A stretch of DNA of 64,000 nt. Source: Oopsacas minuta. Taxonomy: Eukaryota; Animalia; Porifera. Position 1 is the stretch's first letter, and each line of letters starts with the position of its first letter. Both the position numbers and the translations under genes were made by a program. The stretch is from contig JAKMXF010000322.1 in NCBI GenBank assembly GCA_024704765.1, positions 1-64,000 of the forward strand, read 5' to 3'. Shown in pieces: positions 36,922 through 51,139 of this stretch. Below the pieces are notes generated by a model. That model was given only the letters and a program-made list of their open reading frames with translations. It did not search any database and was not told the DNA's origin.

Positions 36922-37604
36922 TTATTTTGTTTGTCTCACTTTTCCAGGAATGTAGTTCTTGTCAATAATTGGTTCCTGTAGGAACATGTGGAGACATCTC
37001 TCGTTTTGAGCCAATGGGTGACCAGCTATCCTAGAGGAATAGGAGCGATTATTCATATGAATATACAAACAAATAAACAAACAAATTACTTGTTTACAAA
37101 GTCTTCTAATGCAGTCCTCCTCGCTTCAATGAAAGCAGGCTCAAACAATCCTAAACACGAACAACAATAACAACAATAACAACAAAATATGCATATACAA
37201 CAAGCATACCATCATCTCCTCTGAATGGTAGCTGTCTAGCTAGAGCCTTGCCGGGTAGTGGAGGGACTAGTATTTTAGAATCTCTCTCTAATTCGCCCTT
37301 TAACCATTCAAAGTCTGAGTACCTCCGTCTAACAGAGCTCTCTTTCATTTTGAATATAGGTATGTTAGTTCTCATCAACACCTACCGATTAATCATATGA
37401 TGAATCACAAATTATCACCATAACATACAAGTAACTAACCTCGTAATCAGAGTACCTGTTCTTACCCAGACCGTGGGTTTCAGGGTGTATAATATCAATC
37501 TCAAGGAAATCAGACGGGGCAGCGTATGCATCGTCCAGGTTCTGTTTCTTGTCAGTGAATAATCGATCCGTTTTTGGACCGCCTGTAGCCCCACCAGAAC
37601 TCAT
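36922..37604 (-). CDS. SNX3: Sorting nexin 3/12 (4 exons)
   Basis: LDDAYAAPSDFLEIDI, SVRRRYSDFEWLKGELERDSKILVPPLPGKA and IAGHPLAQNERCLHMFLQE. Stop at 36922-36924. Confidence 0.95.
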
Positions 37605-37739
37605 ACTAATCTAATTACGTCATAATTATAGTGTTTGTATGGGAAATAAACATATAATAGGAATTATAGTCACGTGTCAGATATAGGCTATATAAACAAG
37701 TAAATAAAAGAGATAAGCTATACCACACACGATAAACAA

Positions 37740-40700
37740 ATGTTGTATTCGATAATTCTTCTACTCGCTGTCTCTTGGATAGGTGTATGGACCATTGAGT
37801 ACCCACAGGGGCATGACGTATCATTCTACTTCTGGTCCTGTTCAATTAACGGAAGACTAGCTAACGGGAGATGTTGTGACACCTCATATAACGTAACAGA
37901 TTGTCCAGGAGACTGTGACGTAAATTTCTTCGTGTGTATAAGGGAACATAACGAGACATCTAAGTACTGTAACTCCAGCACATCAAGTCATATCAACATA
38001 TTCCGTTACATATATTTATACGTAAAGAATATCACATTCTTTGAGGGAGATAACGTATTTGGGAGAGGACTACACAATCCTTTGGTGTATAGCTTCTACG
38101 GGAACTGGAGTAAGCAGGTACAAACCGTACTAGCAGTCAGAGACTTCGATCTGTCTGGGGATAATTATTTCACTCTGATAGACTATATAGATGTAAATTG
38201 GACGAGATCAGCTGGTGAGGACATAGAGAGGAGGAATTATGCAGGAGCTTATAAGAATATGATTGTGCACGTTGGATTAAAGATTGATTGCTGGGAAGCT
38301 TGGTATGGAGAGTACTGTAATGTATATTGTGTACGCAGGTTAGTTGTAAGTAACAACAAATATTCTTAATTACCGTTAAATAGAAGCTCAAAGGACCGCG
38401 ATTATTACCTCGATAAAACCGGTCAAATATATGTTCCTTTTACGGTTTGGGACCAAATTTGTACAATTTCACACTTCTCTATAGACGGGAATTTCTATAT
38501 AACAGGAATTGGCTGTACCATCAACTTACCTATTGACATAACTAATGAAACCTAAGAGGACTTGTACTTTATGAGTTCTGTTATTGTACACATATCTATG
38601 ACGTCATTACTATCTTAGAGACGATTCAGAGGGTCATTACGAGTGTGACACTAATGGAGACAAGTTATGTTTGGAGGGTTGGACAGGGGTACACTGTCTC
38701 ACGAGGATATGTTACCCAGCATGTCCAATGGGGGCAAGTTGTAACACTTCAACTAGGGTGTGTGAATGTAACAATGGATACAAAGAGGTGGGAGAGTTGT
38801 GTAAGTGCATACCTCATTCAGAATGCAATCTAATCGGAGGACGTTGTCAGGTAAGCTCACAAATATATACAAACAGCTGATTCAAGAGTTCTATCTATAG
38901 CTACCAGGAGAGTGTAACTGCTTGACCGGATATAGCGGAAATAACTGTGACACAACGGACTACTGCCTTGTCAAAGGGAACCCCTGTACCAATGAAGGGG
39001 TCTGTGTACCCACTGGTAACTATACATACATATGCGAATGCTCCTCTGGTTACCAGGGAGACCATTGTGACTTCATGGCATGTCCTAATACAGGATGCGG
39101 TGCCTCGTTACCATGTGGTAACAATGGAATGTGTAGTAACATAACTACGGGAGTACACTGTATGTGTGATAGCGGATATATTGGGAGGTGTTGTGATACG
39201 CTAATCAACTATTGTCTGGAGAATCCGTGTCCTCATGGAGTATGTCAGAATATGGTAAGGAATATTCTAGAACATTCGTATACTGATATTAATTATTCTA
39301 TACAGATAGGTGATTATGTGTGTACATGTGATGCTGGATATTCTGGGAAAGATTGTGACATGCCAATTGACGAATGTGGTATCTATGAACGCTGTAGTAA
39401 TGGTGTTTGTATTGACATAATAGCTGGGTATCTATGTGACTGTGATACAGGCTATCATGGTGTTAACTGTACAGATATGTGCTCAAACACCTCTCTATGT
39501 GATTGTGAGTATAACTGTACACACGGGGGATGTACCCTTGTATCAGGGTCGTACACGTGTGTATGTAGCACAGGGTACACAGGAGAGAACTGTGAAACAA
39601 ATATAGATGATTGTATGGGAGCATGTGCTAATGGAGCAACCTGCACTGACGGTATAGACAGCCATCATTGTCACTGTATATCTGGCTATACAGGTATAAG
39701 CTGTGCTGATGACGTAGATGAATGCTACCTCTATAATCGATGTATACACGGGGCTTGTAATAACAATATAGGGAGCTATACGTGTAATTGTATAAATGGA
39801 TATACCGGACAGTATTGTGATACCTTTATACAGCTGGATTACTGTAGTATGAATAATCTTTGTGTGAATGGAGGCGCGTGTCTTAACGACCATTTTACCA
39901 CTAGGTATGTTCTATACATACAGTAGATGCTGATATCATTATATTATCTGTAATAGATGTGAATGTAATGGAGGATACAGCGGTACATACTGTGAGGTGG
40001 AGCCTGATCCATGTCTAGACGTGAGTTATAACATAACACTATAACAGAGGTTCATTCATTCATTATTGTTCCACGCATGATAGCAGGGGATTCACCGCTG
40101 TACTATGCTATACCTTTATAACACATATTTCCACAGATTATCTGCTATAACGAAGGAGTGTGTAAAGCAGGACTATGTGAATGCTCTGTATCATATACGA
40201 ATCCTGAATGCAGTCAGTTAGTAGACGTATGTGAAGAGTTAGTTAGCCCAGCTGATTGTAATGGAGAATGTGTGAATGATGTGACTCTATCAGAGGGGTA
40301 CATATGTGATTGCTATCCAGGGTACACAGGACCCACCTGTCATATAGATATAGATGACTGTATTACAGGGGAATGTCTAAATCAGGGAATCTGTACAGAC
40401 GGACTCAATGAATATTTGTAAGAATACTCGTGTGTCATGTCAAACTCATGTATATACTATTATTATATTATTAGCTGTGAATGTCAGTACGGATATGCTG
40501 GAGATAGGTGTGAAGAAGTCCTAAACACTTGTGAGACCAATAATTGCTTAAACGGAGCCGTATGTCTTATTGACGGGGCAGATTCTGTGTGTCAATGTCA
40601 GGAAGGTTATATTACTCCTATTTGTCAAAAGATAGAGAATTGTGATAGGAAATCTTGCAGCAATAAAGGAGAATGTAAAGTTAGTATTCCTTATTCTAAA

Positions 40701-41381
40701 TTTAGAATTATAAAATCTGTTCTCAACCTGGGATCCACGGGTGTAAAAGGTTGGGAATCGCTGGTGGCTTATAATAATGCATTTAGGAAATGTCAGAAGA
40801 CCTAAGAGAAGCGGTCTGCCTCTGTGACGGAGGATACACAGGAAAGTACTGTGACTCTATAATTGACTACTGTATCCCTGATCCGTGTGACGTAGGAGCT
40901 ATCTGTTACTCAGGGATTAATTCATACTACTGTAAGTGTGATAATAATGTATCAGGGTGTGTAGAGAGCGGAGATCCTGGATGGGTGAGTTATACTCCTG
41001 TTGTCAAGGAGAATCAATGTAATGTTATATATTACACTCGTGTAGCAATTGATAGAAGGGATAGACAACTCAGTGGCTGGCTTGGCGGGGGGGCTAGTCT
41101 TGGGGGTAACACTTACCCTCCTATCTGTCCTTATACTTGTGTTAATCATATTAATTGTGAGGTATAAGAGGAAACGCAGACAGCCAGTGGAGAGAGAGAA
41201 TACGGGAGATACGTTCATAAACCCCTTCTTTGACGGTACAGCTATCTACCCCCTTATTGACCCGCCTTCCTACGACACAGTCCAAGTACCGCACTACTTA
41301 ATTAAGCCAGCAGTACCAGCTGGCGAGGAGAAGAATGAAACATTCGAGAACTATACTTATAAGCCTAAAATCCCTCTTTGA
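37740..41381 (+). CDS. Delta-like Notch ligand A (signal peptide, MNNL/C2, DSL, long EGF array, TM, cytoplasmic tail)
   Basis: NGRLANGRCCD..C...C...FFVCIRE (MNNL), CWEAWYGEYCNVYC..DDSEGHYECDTNGDKLCLEGWTGVHC (DSL), many EGF repeats and TM LAGGLVLGVTLTLLSVLILVLIILIV. Confidence 0.92.
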
Positions 41382-41487
41382 TTATTTTTAGAATTATTAC
41401 GTAAATATAATGTAATTCGAACTCTCCAATACACCCCTAAGTATATTCTATATAAGATAGGGGGATAAGCTTAACTGTCATTCAATC

Positions 41488-43851
41488 ATGCGTATAGTTA
41501 TCCTACTAGCATTTGTATGTGTGTTAGGATGTGTTGTAGTGTCCGCACAGTCTAGTATGTACCCACAGGGCCATGACGTACTGTTCTACTTCTGGACCTT
41601 CTCTGTAAATGGGAGACTAGCTAGCGGAGAATGTTGTGACAGCACTGAGAATGTTACGGTTTGTCCCATGGACTGTGACGTACATTTTGCTGTGTGTGTA
41701 AGGGAACATAACGAGAGTTCTAACTTATGTAACTCTAACACTTCAAGTCATATCCAACTATTCGGCTATATCCATGTAAATGCGGAGAGCATAGAATTTG
41801 CTGAAGAGGATAATATATTTGGTAGCGGACTAAGCAATCCATTGAGATATAACTTCAGTGGAGAATGGAACAATCACATACAGACCGTACTCATAGCCAG
41901 AGAAACAGACCAGTATTTGGATTCGTATATCTTCACTAATATAGACTATATAGACGCTAATTGGATAGTAGCAGCTGGTGGCAATGCAGTAATGACACAT
42001 TATAACGGGAAGTATGGTAACATGATGGTTACACTAGGATTAGCTGTAGAGTGCTGGGAGGGATGGTATGGGGAGTACTGCACCAAATACTGTGTACCCC
42101 AGTAAGTGATAATAACTACTACACTTATATAATACATACAATTAATTCTGTTATAGGGATGCACCAGGAGGTCACTACACCTGTTCAGCTGATGGGGAAA
42201 TTATGTGTAATTATAACTGGATAGGAGAAGACTGTAACTTCCAGGAAACATGCCTATTACCATGTCCCGTAAGCAGGATCTGCCATAACGGCTCATGTGA
42301 TGAATGTTCCCAGGGTTACGCAGGGGAGGACTGTACCTGTATTGATCCCCATCATTGTGACCCAGATGGAGGACATTGTGATGTAAGTAATAATGTATAA
42401 TATCTATAGTATAATACGGGTTATACAGATATCGATACTATTGTTCTGTGAGTATATGAAACTATTCATGGTAGGAGGAGCCAGGCTACGTATGTTTAGT
42501 GCTATCACTTCTGGTAATTGATATTATTATGTATTCCTTATAGACACCCTGTGTGAATGGGGGTAACTGTGATAACGGTATGTGTGCTTGTACTGTTCAT
42601 TACACTGGTCAGACTTGTACAGAAATAAACGACGTATGTGGGACAGTCATCATGCCTTCAGACTGTCAAGTAGGACAGGGTGTGTGCTCCAACTCTCTGG
42701 TATCCTCTACAGGGTTCATATGTACATGTAACCCGGGGTATACAGGTGATAACTGTAATATGAACATAGATGACTGTGAGGACTCTCCATGTGGTGATAA
42801 TGGAATGTGTGTGGATGAGATAAACGCATACTAGTAAGTTATCAATATATGATATGTTTGATATGTCTTATAATAAATATTTATAGCTGTGTTTGTAATG
42901 CTGGATTCGAGGGCACTAATTGTGAGGTTAATAAAGATGATTGTTTGACTGGTTCCTGTCTCCACGAAGGTGTCTGTGTAGACGGGACTAACACCTTTAC
43001 ATGTGAATGTCCTAATGGTACCGTACAGCCCATATGTGAGCTAGCTACTGAGTGCTCTAGAGCTTCATGCAGTAACCACGGAGAATGTGATATTTCAGTA
43101 AGTTATAAAATTAATTATACATATACATCATATACATCATATACATTACATATCTTAACATCAAATAGGTGAGTATGGATACAGTGGATAGCACGTGTAT
43201 ATGTGATGAAGGATACACAGGAGAGTTATGTGCAGAACCTATTAACCACTGTGATCCAAGCCCGTGCCAGACAGGAGAGACGTGTATACAAGGAATTAAC
43301 ACGTACGTCTGTGTATGTGGTGAGGAAGATTGTGAAACCAGCGTATCGGTATGATAATATAATTATACATGTATATACATAATATTTATTATAATTCATA
43401 CAGTAGACGGGAACAATTGGACCAGGCCCTGTTCTCCTGTACATTGTTACTTTTATATATATTATTATAGGCATTAAAGACGACAGAAGCAGCTGTAATA
43501 TCAGTAGCAATGGGAGTAGTAATAATAATATTAGTTATAATAATCATTGTAGTGGTGTTTATAGCTGTGTGTATTGCTAGACATAAGAAAATAAACAGAC
43601 AGTTTATGGTAACGACAGAAGGACCCCCAGGTGCTTTCTGTAACCCAATTTACGCGGAGGCTAACCTCCCAACATACGATGAAGCGGATGCATTCCACAA
43701 GAATCCGTTGCCAGGGGAGGAGCCTGAGTATGAGACTATGGACGCTTATAAGGATAAGTTGGGTATTATGTACGGGTATGGGGAAGGTGTGGAGGAGGGC
43801 TTCCCTACTATCCAAGATGAGAAGAAGGCCCTCGAAAATTTGTATAAATAA
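41488..43851 (+). CDS. Delta-like Notch ligand B, tandem paralogue with a shorter EGF array
   Basis: YPQGHDVLFYFWTFSVNGRLASGECCD parallels YPQGHDVSFYFWSCSINGRLANGRCCD in ligand A. DSL CWEGWYGEYCTKYC..GGHYTCSADGEIMCNYNWIGEDC, EGF repeats and TM. Confidence 0.92.
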
Positions 43852-44068
43852 ATCAGAACTGTTTGTGTTATAATAATAGTGTTAGTATTAGTATGTAAAT
43901 GTGTATATACCCAGGTGTTAAGAATAGATTATAATATACAAATAAAACTAATACAAATTGATTAAAATCTCAATTCTGAGTAAAACCTGTAAAAACACGC
44001 GAATTTAGTAAAAACACAAACAAACAAACAAACAAGTCAGGTTCATAAATACCTTCATTTATCAAAAT

Positions 44069-47000
44069 TCAATCCTTAATTTTTGTATCACTAAACCCGG
44101 TATCATCCAAATTGAACTTCACCTTGTCCCCCGAATCGGCGCCTATATTAACAGGGGGTTCGTCATCCTCATCATCCAGCCCATCATGTGTGAACACAAA
44201 GTTATTAGCTCGTGTCTGTCTGAGCCTGGAATAAGCATGTGACACTTTCCTGTACTTCCTTGCATATATGATACCACACCCCACAAATGGAATAATGAGT
44301 AAAATGAATAACACAAGGACAATAGGTAGTCCTACTAATAGTCCTATGAGGGTGTATGTATGTACTGGATCGGGTATACCCTATAGAGTTATATGATAAG
44401 GTGTCATGTATATAATAATATACGCATATGCTTACATTTATTATTTGAGAGTTGATAACTGGAATAGTTTGATTTCCTGTATTCCCAGATATTGTTATGT
44501 CATGTGAGTTTTGGAAATAATTGTTTATTGCTCTGAGGGTAATCAGCTGATCGTTTGCTCCTTTATCTGTGTTGTTCTTAGGCAGTAACTAAACAACAAG
44601 AATAATAAATAAATAACAAACAAACAAACAAACAAACAAACAACTCACCCTAACATACACATCATAAGGCTTATCTATTTGTAAATTTAATTCAACAGAC
44701 AATCTCCACGTCTCAATATGGAACATCTCAATAATTTCAAACATAACAGTATCCTCTACCTGTTGTTCCCATTCATTAACATCAACACCTATAGGTACAT
44801 CTACCCATTGGAATCTGATAATAACATTTTGTTCTATTTCCTTAACACGAGATATCTCTATTATTGTAGATACGTTAGACACCACGTTAGTGAGGGTAAC
44901 CGTAATCTTATACACCTTGTATTTAATGAGAGGAGAGAGAGGGAGCTCCAGACTACCATCTGACACCTATAAATCTATATTATAACACCTCTGTATATGA
45001 TATTATAACTTTAAATACTCACATAGAACTCATGTGTGTTATAAGCCCAGTCATTATGTGAATCATCTGATATAAGAACAGTAACAGGTCCTATGTACAG
45101 TCCGTCGTATGGATCTCTAATTGTGAAGTTAACACTAGCTGTATCTTTAGTAGTACCGGTATTATGCAGAGAGGATACAGTAGATATCACAGAGAGTATA
45201 TACAGCGTCCCTGACACCACATGGTTAATAGTCTCTCCGTCTGTAAGTGATACAGAGTGTACCCTGACTACTTTAGTGCCGGTAGTGGTGTATTGGAATG
45301 TAGTAGTGGGTAATGCAGTCTCTATAATATCTGTACCCTCCTCCCCTACGTCCCATTTGTAAGTAACACCCTCTCTAGGTAGCTCTACGGAATCAGCTGA
45401 TTCTAGGTTCAGGATAACTTTAGTTAGGACCGGGTATGTCTGTCCGTCCTGACGGATCCTTAGATTCTCAGCTGATGGATGTATAACAACTTGTAGACTG
45501 TATGTAATACTAGACACCTCATTATATACCGTCAGCTTTATAGTTACCGTAGTGGCTGATAGGAATTTATGTGTTACCCGAGGAGTAGGAGACTCTACAG
45601 GAGGTTCATCCCCGATCTCCCAGGAGTACATTATAGACCCTAGCAACCAGAGGAATGTATAATATAGGGTAACCTCTACAAACAGGAGGCCAGGGAAGCC
45701 GGAAATTTGTATGGGACTTTGAAATCGTTCTATCCATTTTCCACACCTTTTCCACAAGCCTTGTATATGGAGGATACACTATAACTCACCAGTATATTCA
45801 GTATTATACTGTAAAGTATATGAAGCTTCAAACACTTCATTGAGTCCTAGTATTATAATAGTTGGTGCACTGAATACAGCTGATTGTAATACATCAAGTA
45901 TAGTTATGTTCCTAGCAACTGTAGTGGTACCAGCTATGTTACTAGCCACTATCATGATAGTGTAAACCCCAGGAGCATTGAATGAGTGCTGTAGGTTCTC
46001 AGCTAAAGAGTAAATAAGGTCACTCATGACCTCTCCATCTCCAAAATTGACAGAATAGTTAGTGAAGTCTGTCTCAGTTCCCTGACGAAAATTAATCTGT
46101 ATTTCATGCCCTGGAATGAATAGAGCAGGGTCAGTTGTAGTAGAGAGGGTTAGGGCCCCAGGGATACCGACTACATTGATCACCAGATTCTGTACCACTG
46201 GATCTGACACATGGTTAAACACCTCAATCTACACATTCCATAGTTACAATATCATTACTATAGTAACAAGAATAACTCACATTTATGTAGTATACCCCTT
46301 CAGATTCTAGGAGGTAGGAGAATGTATCTTGACTTATACTCACAGCATTCGCTGTTCCCAGTAAAACGCTCCATCTGACGTCATAGGTACCGACAGGAAG
46401 CACATGTTGGTCAGGTTCTGGTGAGTATACAGTGAGGGAGTACTCTACCATTGTACCGGCAGATATCGGAGATTCCACCCCTGTAACATTGAATGAATCC
46501 ACTACATCAAGTACTACTATGTCTATTGATACGTTATTAACTCCAGCAGAGTTAGAAGCAGATAGATTAATCTAGAATATAAATAGCAATATCCTTGCAT
46601 ATTCATACAGGTTTTAAGAACATGTATCGCTACCCCTAAGCGTATTCTTATAATAGGTATACACGGTATAAATAACAAACAACTCACGGTGTATTTGCCA
46701 GCTCGCGTATACGTATGTGTTACAGTCTCAGATAGTGTGAATCCCTCTATCATCTGCTGTGTACTATTATCCCCATAATCCCACCTATATACTGTAGACT
46801 TCTTACTGCCATATCCCTGTGATAGTATAATAGTTACTACCGCTCCTATCTTGTAGGTATGCATATCAGGACTGAGGACCAGGGATGTAGGGGCCCTGAT
46901 AGGACAGGGATAGATATGGGGAGCGTACGCGTCATAGTCTCCTCCTTCACATTTATCCCCAGGGATCAATCTATACCCTATCGTACTCGTGTAGTTCTTT

Positions 47001-49678
47001 CCCTCCGGACAATCAAAAGGTGCCCCTTCAGGTACCGTGCCCTCTGCAGGGGTACACGGAGAGTCTGTACTCAACTTCTCATAACCTACGTCACAGTCAA
47101 AGTCCTGTAGCTTACAAGGACAAGTAGAAGTGTTGATTGGTCTAATATAGTCTCTCCCATTAAAGCAGCAGACCGCAGGATCCCTCCTCTCGTAGGTAGC
47201 CTTCTCTCCCAGCAGACAGTCACCTCCTTGTCTATGTAATATATATTAATACATTCTATATACACATTCCATTCCTCACCTCTCATCGCTAGGTATCCAT
47301 TTGATATAGTCATCAGGTCCACAGGTCACATTAACAAAATATGAGAAGTTTAGTTGTACTATTAACCATTCTACGAATCGTCCAGGGGTCTTAGCAAATA
47401 GTGTAGCCTATTAGAATATAATTCATTATTGCATAACTACCAAATTAGCCTAAGGAATGCTATAATCATAAATTCATTTGACGTATTAATTATTTAATTA
47501 ATAAGAATTATGGTTACGTGGCTTATTAATTACCTCTAAAGTAGTTGAACCTGGTTCTGTCAGGATTCCAATTACATACAGTTTAGCCGTTGAAATATTT
47601 CTCAGTTGCCATGACAACCCTTCAGTACACGAGTATGTGATACTTTGAGTGTAAACAGAATTCCCAGAGTATTTAGAAACAGCAACTATTACTCCTCCAT
47701 GGTCCAGGAAGGCGTACTCGTATGAACCTCTGTAGAACTCCTCAGTCCATGTGAATCCTATTGATATAATTATACAGCATACCTATTGTATACACCCGTT
47801 ACTATGAAGACTAATATTATGAGTGTTACAATACAGACAGCTGACTGTATTAGTTTGTAGGTCTACCCATTTCCCCTGGTCTTATTCTATGACGTCACAC
47901 TCACCAGCATCTCTTGATAGATACACATTAGAATAGTACTGTCCCCACCAGTAACTGTTAAGGTATTTCCCCGAGTTTCCATGAGCTACTATCAGTCCTA
48001 ACGCATGCTCCTTGGAGTATACACCTGATCTACTGGGCTGATCTATCCTCAGATTCAAGTTACAATCCTCTGCGAGGGTACAATTATCATTTAGGTTTCC
48101 GTTTGAGTCGTAAGGTGGTCTCTTGATATATCCCCATGTGCCCCCTATGATTATACATATGATTAATCTTCACACCTATAAATTAATACAACACATACCC
48201 TTGTCATAAGTGATCTGTGTGAAAGCAGGCCACGTGTTTGGATTAGAAGATATAGGATCTAATCTGTTAGCTATATATGTTCCCTTGATTCCCTCTATCA
48301 TAACCAGCTCTACTGATGCTGCTCTGTTCTCCCAGCTGGTAATTGATGTTCCCTATACAATTATATAATAATGAGATAAGAAATCACTTGCTTAGATGGA
48401 AGATCTTTATCACCTTAAGATTCTGTAATGACAGAGAGTAGGTATACCCCTCAGCATCAGATGTATACAGATTAGTAAGATTTTCGTGATGATACACAGC
48501 TACTAGAGCTTGTTCCTGACTAGCATCTGCTATAAGATAATGCTGCTCCTGTGTCTTTAGAGGGAACATCGCTTCTCTAAACTTACCTCTCTTGTAAGAG
48601 ACGAACAAACCTCCCTCTCCAGTCGTGTCAGACTCGTTCAGCTGTTTCTCAACGAAAATGAATTCATCTATAGAATAATATGATCATATAGTGACCTCGG
48701 ATATATCGAAGTGATTATAACAGCCCCTTAAAAAATATGATATTACTTACTATACAAAAGAAGAGAATTTGTCTCCACAGCTCCTAGGTCAGGGTCAAAT
48801 ACAACTTTACTCAACTTGTCACTAACAATAGAAGCCTTCCACACATAAGTATTGTTATCTATTTGAGTCTCAAAATACACTGTAGGGTCTGTAGCAGTAG
48901 GATCCCACACATAAGCTTGTACTCCAGTATCTATACAGATAATACAGTTATAATTAAGTTATAAAGGTGTGAAAATATGTACCTATCTGTGTCCAGGTCG
49001 CTCCGAAATCAGACGATATGTAAAGCTCCATGTGTTCTGAATCATACGCTATCACAGCCTCCTCAATGCTCGGATGGAATGTTAGGGTTTTGGGATCAAA
49101 TGACACATCTGTTACACGATAATCATCTCCACCATTAAGTGTTCTATAAATAACATAATTATGTATCCTAGCAACGATAATAATGTATAGGAATGTGGTT
49201 ACCTATATAGCCTGTTATTCTTCTGGTCAGTTAGGATAAGTTTTTCCTTATTCAGAGAAATATAGAAATAGTTAATTATTGCGTCAGCTGGTAGTTTGTT
49301 GGTGTCATTTGTGTACTCCCTCCCGAAATCAGTGGTTCGCCAGAGGTTAGATTGTACCACAAGTGATGAAGCATATCTCTGGGTAACTATGAAGATCTTG
49401 GGAGAATAGGCGCCAGAATAATGGACCAATGCGTACCCGTTATTGTCATTAGTTAGAGCAGAAGTGTGAGAGAATGAATCATTCCCGGGATTAGCACGTT
49501 TGGGTCGTGTTATTTTCTGTTTCAGCTCAGAGTTATCCTCACGGAATGTGTCCAAATTAATCTCTTGAGGTGTTGCTGTATGTGGCACATGTAGACGCGA
49601 TGTGATAGCGCCATATGACGTCATTGCACCCATAACACATAACAGCGATAAAAACAGCAATCTCATTTTGCTACTCAA
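44069..49678 (-). CDS. VPS10-domain receptor, SorCS-like, with several PKD repeats (multi-exon)
   Basis: Signal peptide, furin site RPKR, Asp-box (WRTTDFG), FPLKTQEQHYLI, 10CC (GYRLIPGDKCEGG), PKD motifs (YRWDYGD, VNFGDG, YSWEIGD, YKWDVGE), TM, and a tail with YSRL and an acidic cluster. Confidence 0.9.
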
Positions 49679-50303
49679 ACATACAAAAAGTTATTTACTA
49701 GTAATTATCAATAAATAGATTAGTTTACAGGAAGAATAACATTTAATTACAAGTAACTATGGAATAGATATTATTTATCTCAGTGCATATAAATTACTAA
49801 CCGCTGTCTAGTGATGATAATGATACCCTAACAACCATATTGTCGTAAAAAATGTAATCAATACCTCTACTATAAAATTAAATGCTGGATATGCTGTTAC
49901 GACAAGTAGGCCTTACTGGAGGTTATAAATCAAGATGATCTCACAAGAAATGAAAAGAAAATAATTCCAAGTTCTTCTGATAAAGGTAAACTACTAAAAT
50001 TTCTATTCCATGTATCAGCTATATCATAGAGCTTCTAATAGGAGTATTAGTTCTGTAAAATACTGTAATTTCTACAGATGTAAGGACAAGGGGACGAAGG
50101 GGACGAATAGGGAGGTCGTTATGGAGGGATAGTTGGGTATTACCGTCCTTAAGCGAGGGATATTATCATATCCAATAGGTGATAATATATATGTAACATA
50201 TTTGAATGCGTATATATCACTGACAATAATAGTTCAGTATATAAACTACACTACAACTAGACTCAATAATAGTCTGTTTGATTACTTATTTGTTTACTAG
50301 TAG

Positions 50304-51139
50304 ATGGCAAAAGCAGAGAAACAAGAGCCCAAATCTCCACTAGATTCTAAAGATAAGAATAATGAATTTTTCGAAGCTTTCAAGTTATTCGACAGAGACA
50401 GTGATGGCAAAATATCTGGAGTAGAACTCAAAGAAGTAAGTAAATATACAGAATAGACCGGTATATGTATATTGACACCTATTAATGAATGTACATATGT
50501 AGATAATGCATTCCTTGGGTCAACACCCAACAGAGGAGGAGATACAGGATATGATAAACGAGGTAGATACTGATGGTAATGGTACCATAGAATTTCACGA
50601 GTTCGAAAAGATGATGATTACTAGGCCTGGGAAGGATGATGACGCTGATCTTAGAGAAGCTTTCAAAGTATTTGATAAAGATGGTAACGGATCGATAAGT
50701 AAAGAAGAATTAAAAGCTGTAAGTAGATTACAATAGAACCTATTACTAACACCTAATGTGACCATCCGTTAGTGTTCATATTAACGAGGTATTATACTTG
50801 GAGAAAAGGACCAGGACAGTTAGGGACACTAGTGGACAATGATCGGCTTTGTATCCATAATGTCGTATTGAATACTTTTGGATCAAATTCAAATACAATA
50901 AACTCCTGTTACATCTAACACGGATATATAGAAGCTGTTATCACAATCCCTAGAGCTTTGATATAACAGGAATTGAGTATAATTATATTATCTGTATCCT
51001 TTAGGTTATGGAAAGTCTGGGAGAGAATATGACAGAGATTGAGTTGAAAGAAATGATGAATGAAGCTGATACTAACGGAGATGGTGAAGTTGATTATGAT
51101 GAATTCAAGAGGATGATGTGTCAAACTGAAACTAAATAA
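50304..51139 (+). CDS. Divergent calmodulin-like protein, 4 EF-hands (3 exons)
   Basis: [62 protein letters not shown] and [18 protein letters not shown]. Too divergent to be canonical CaM. Confidence 0.92.
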
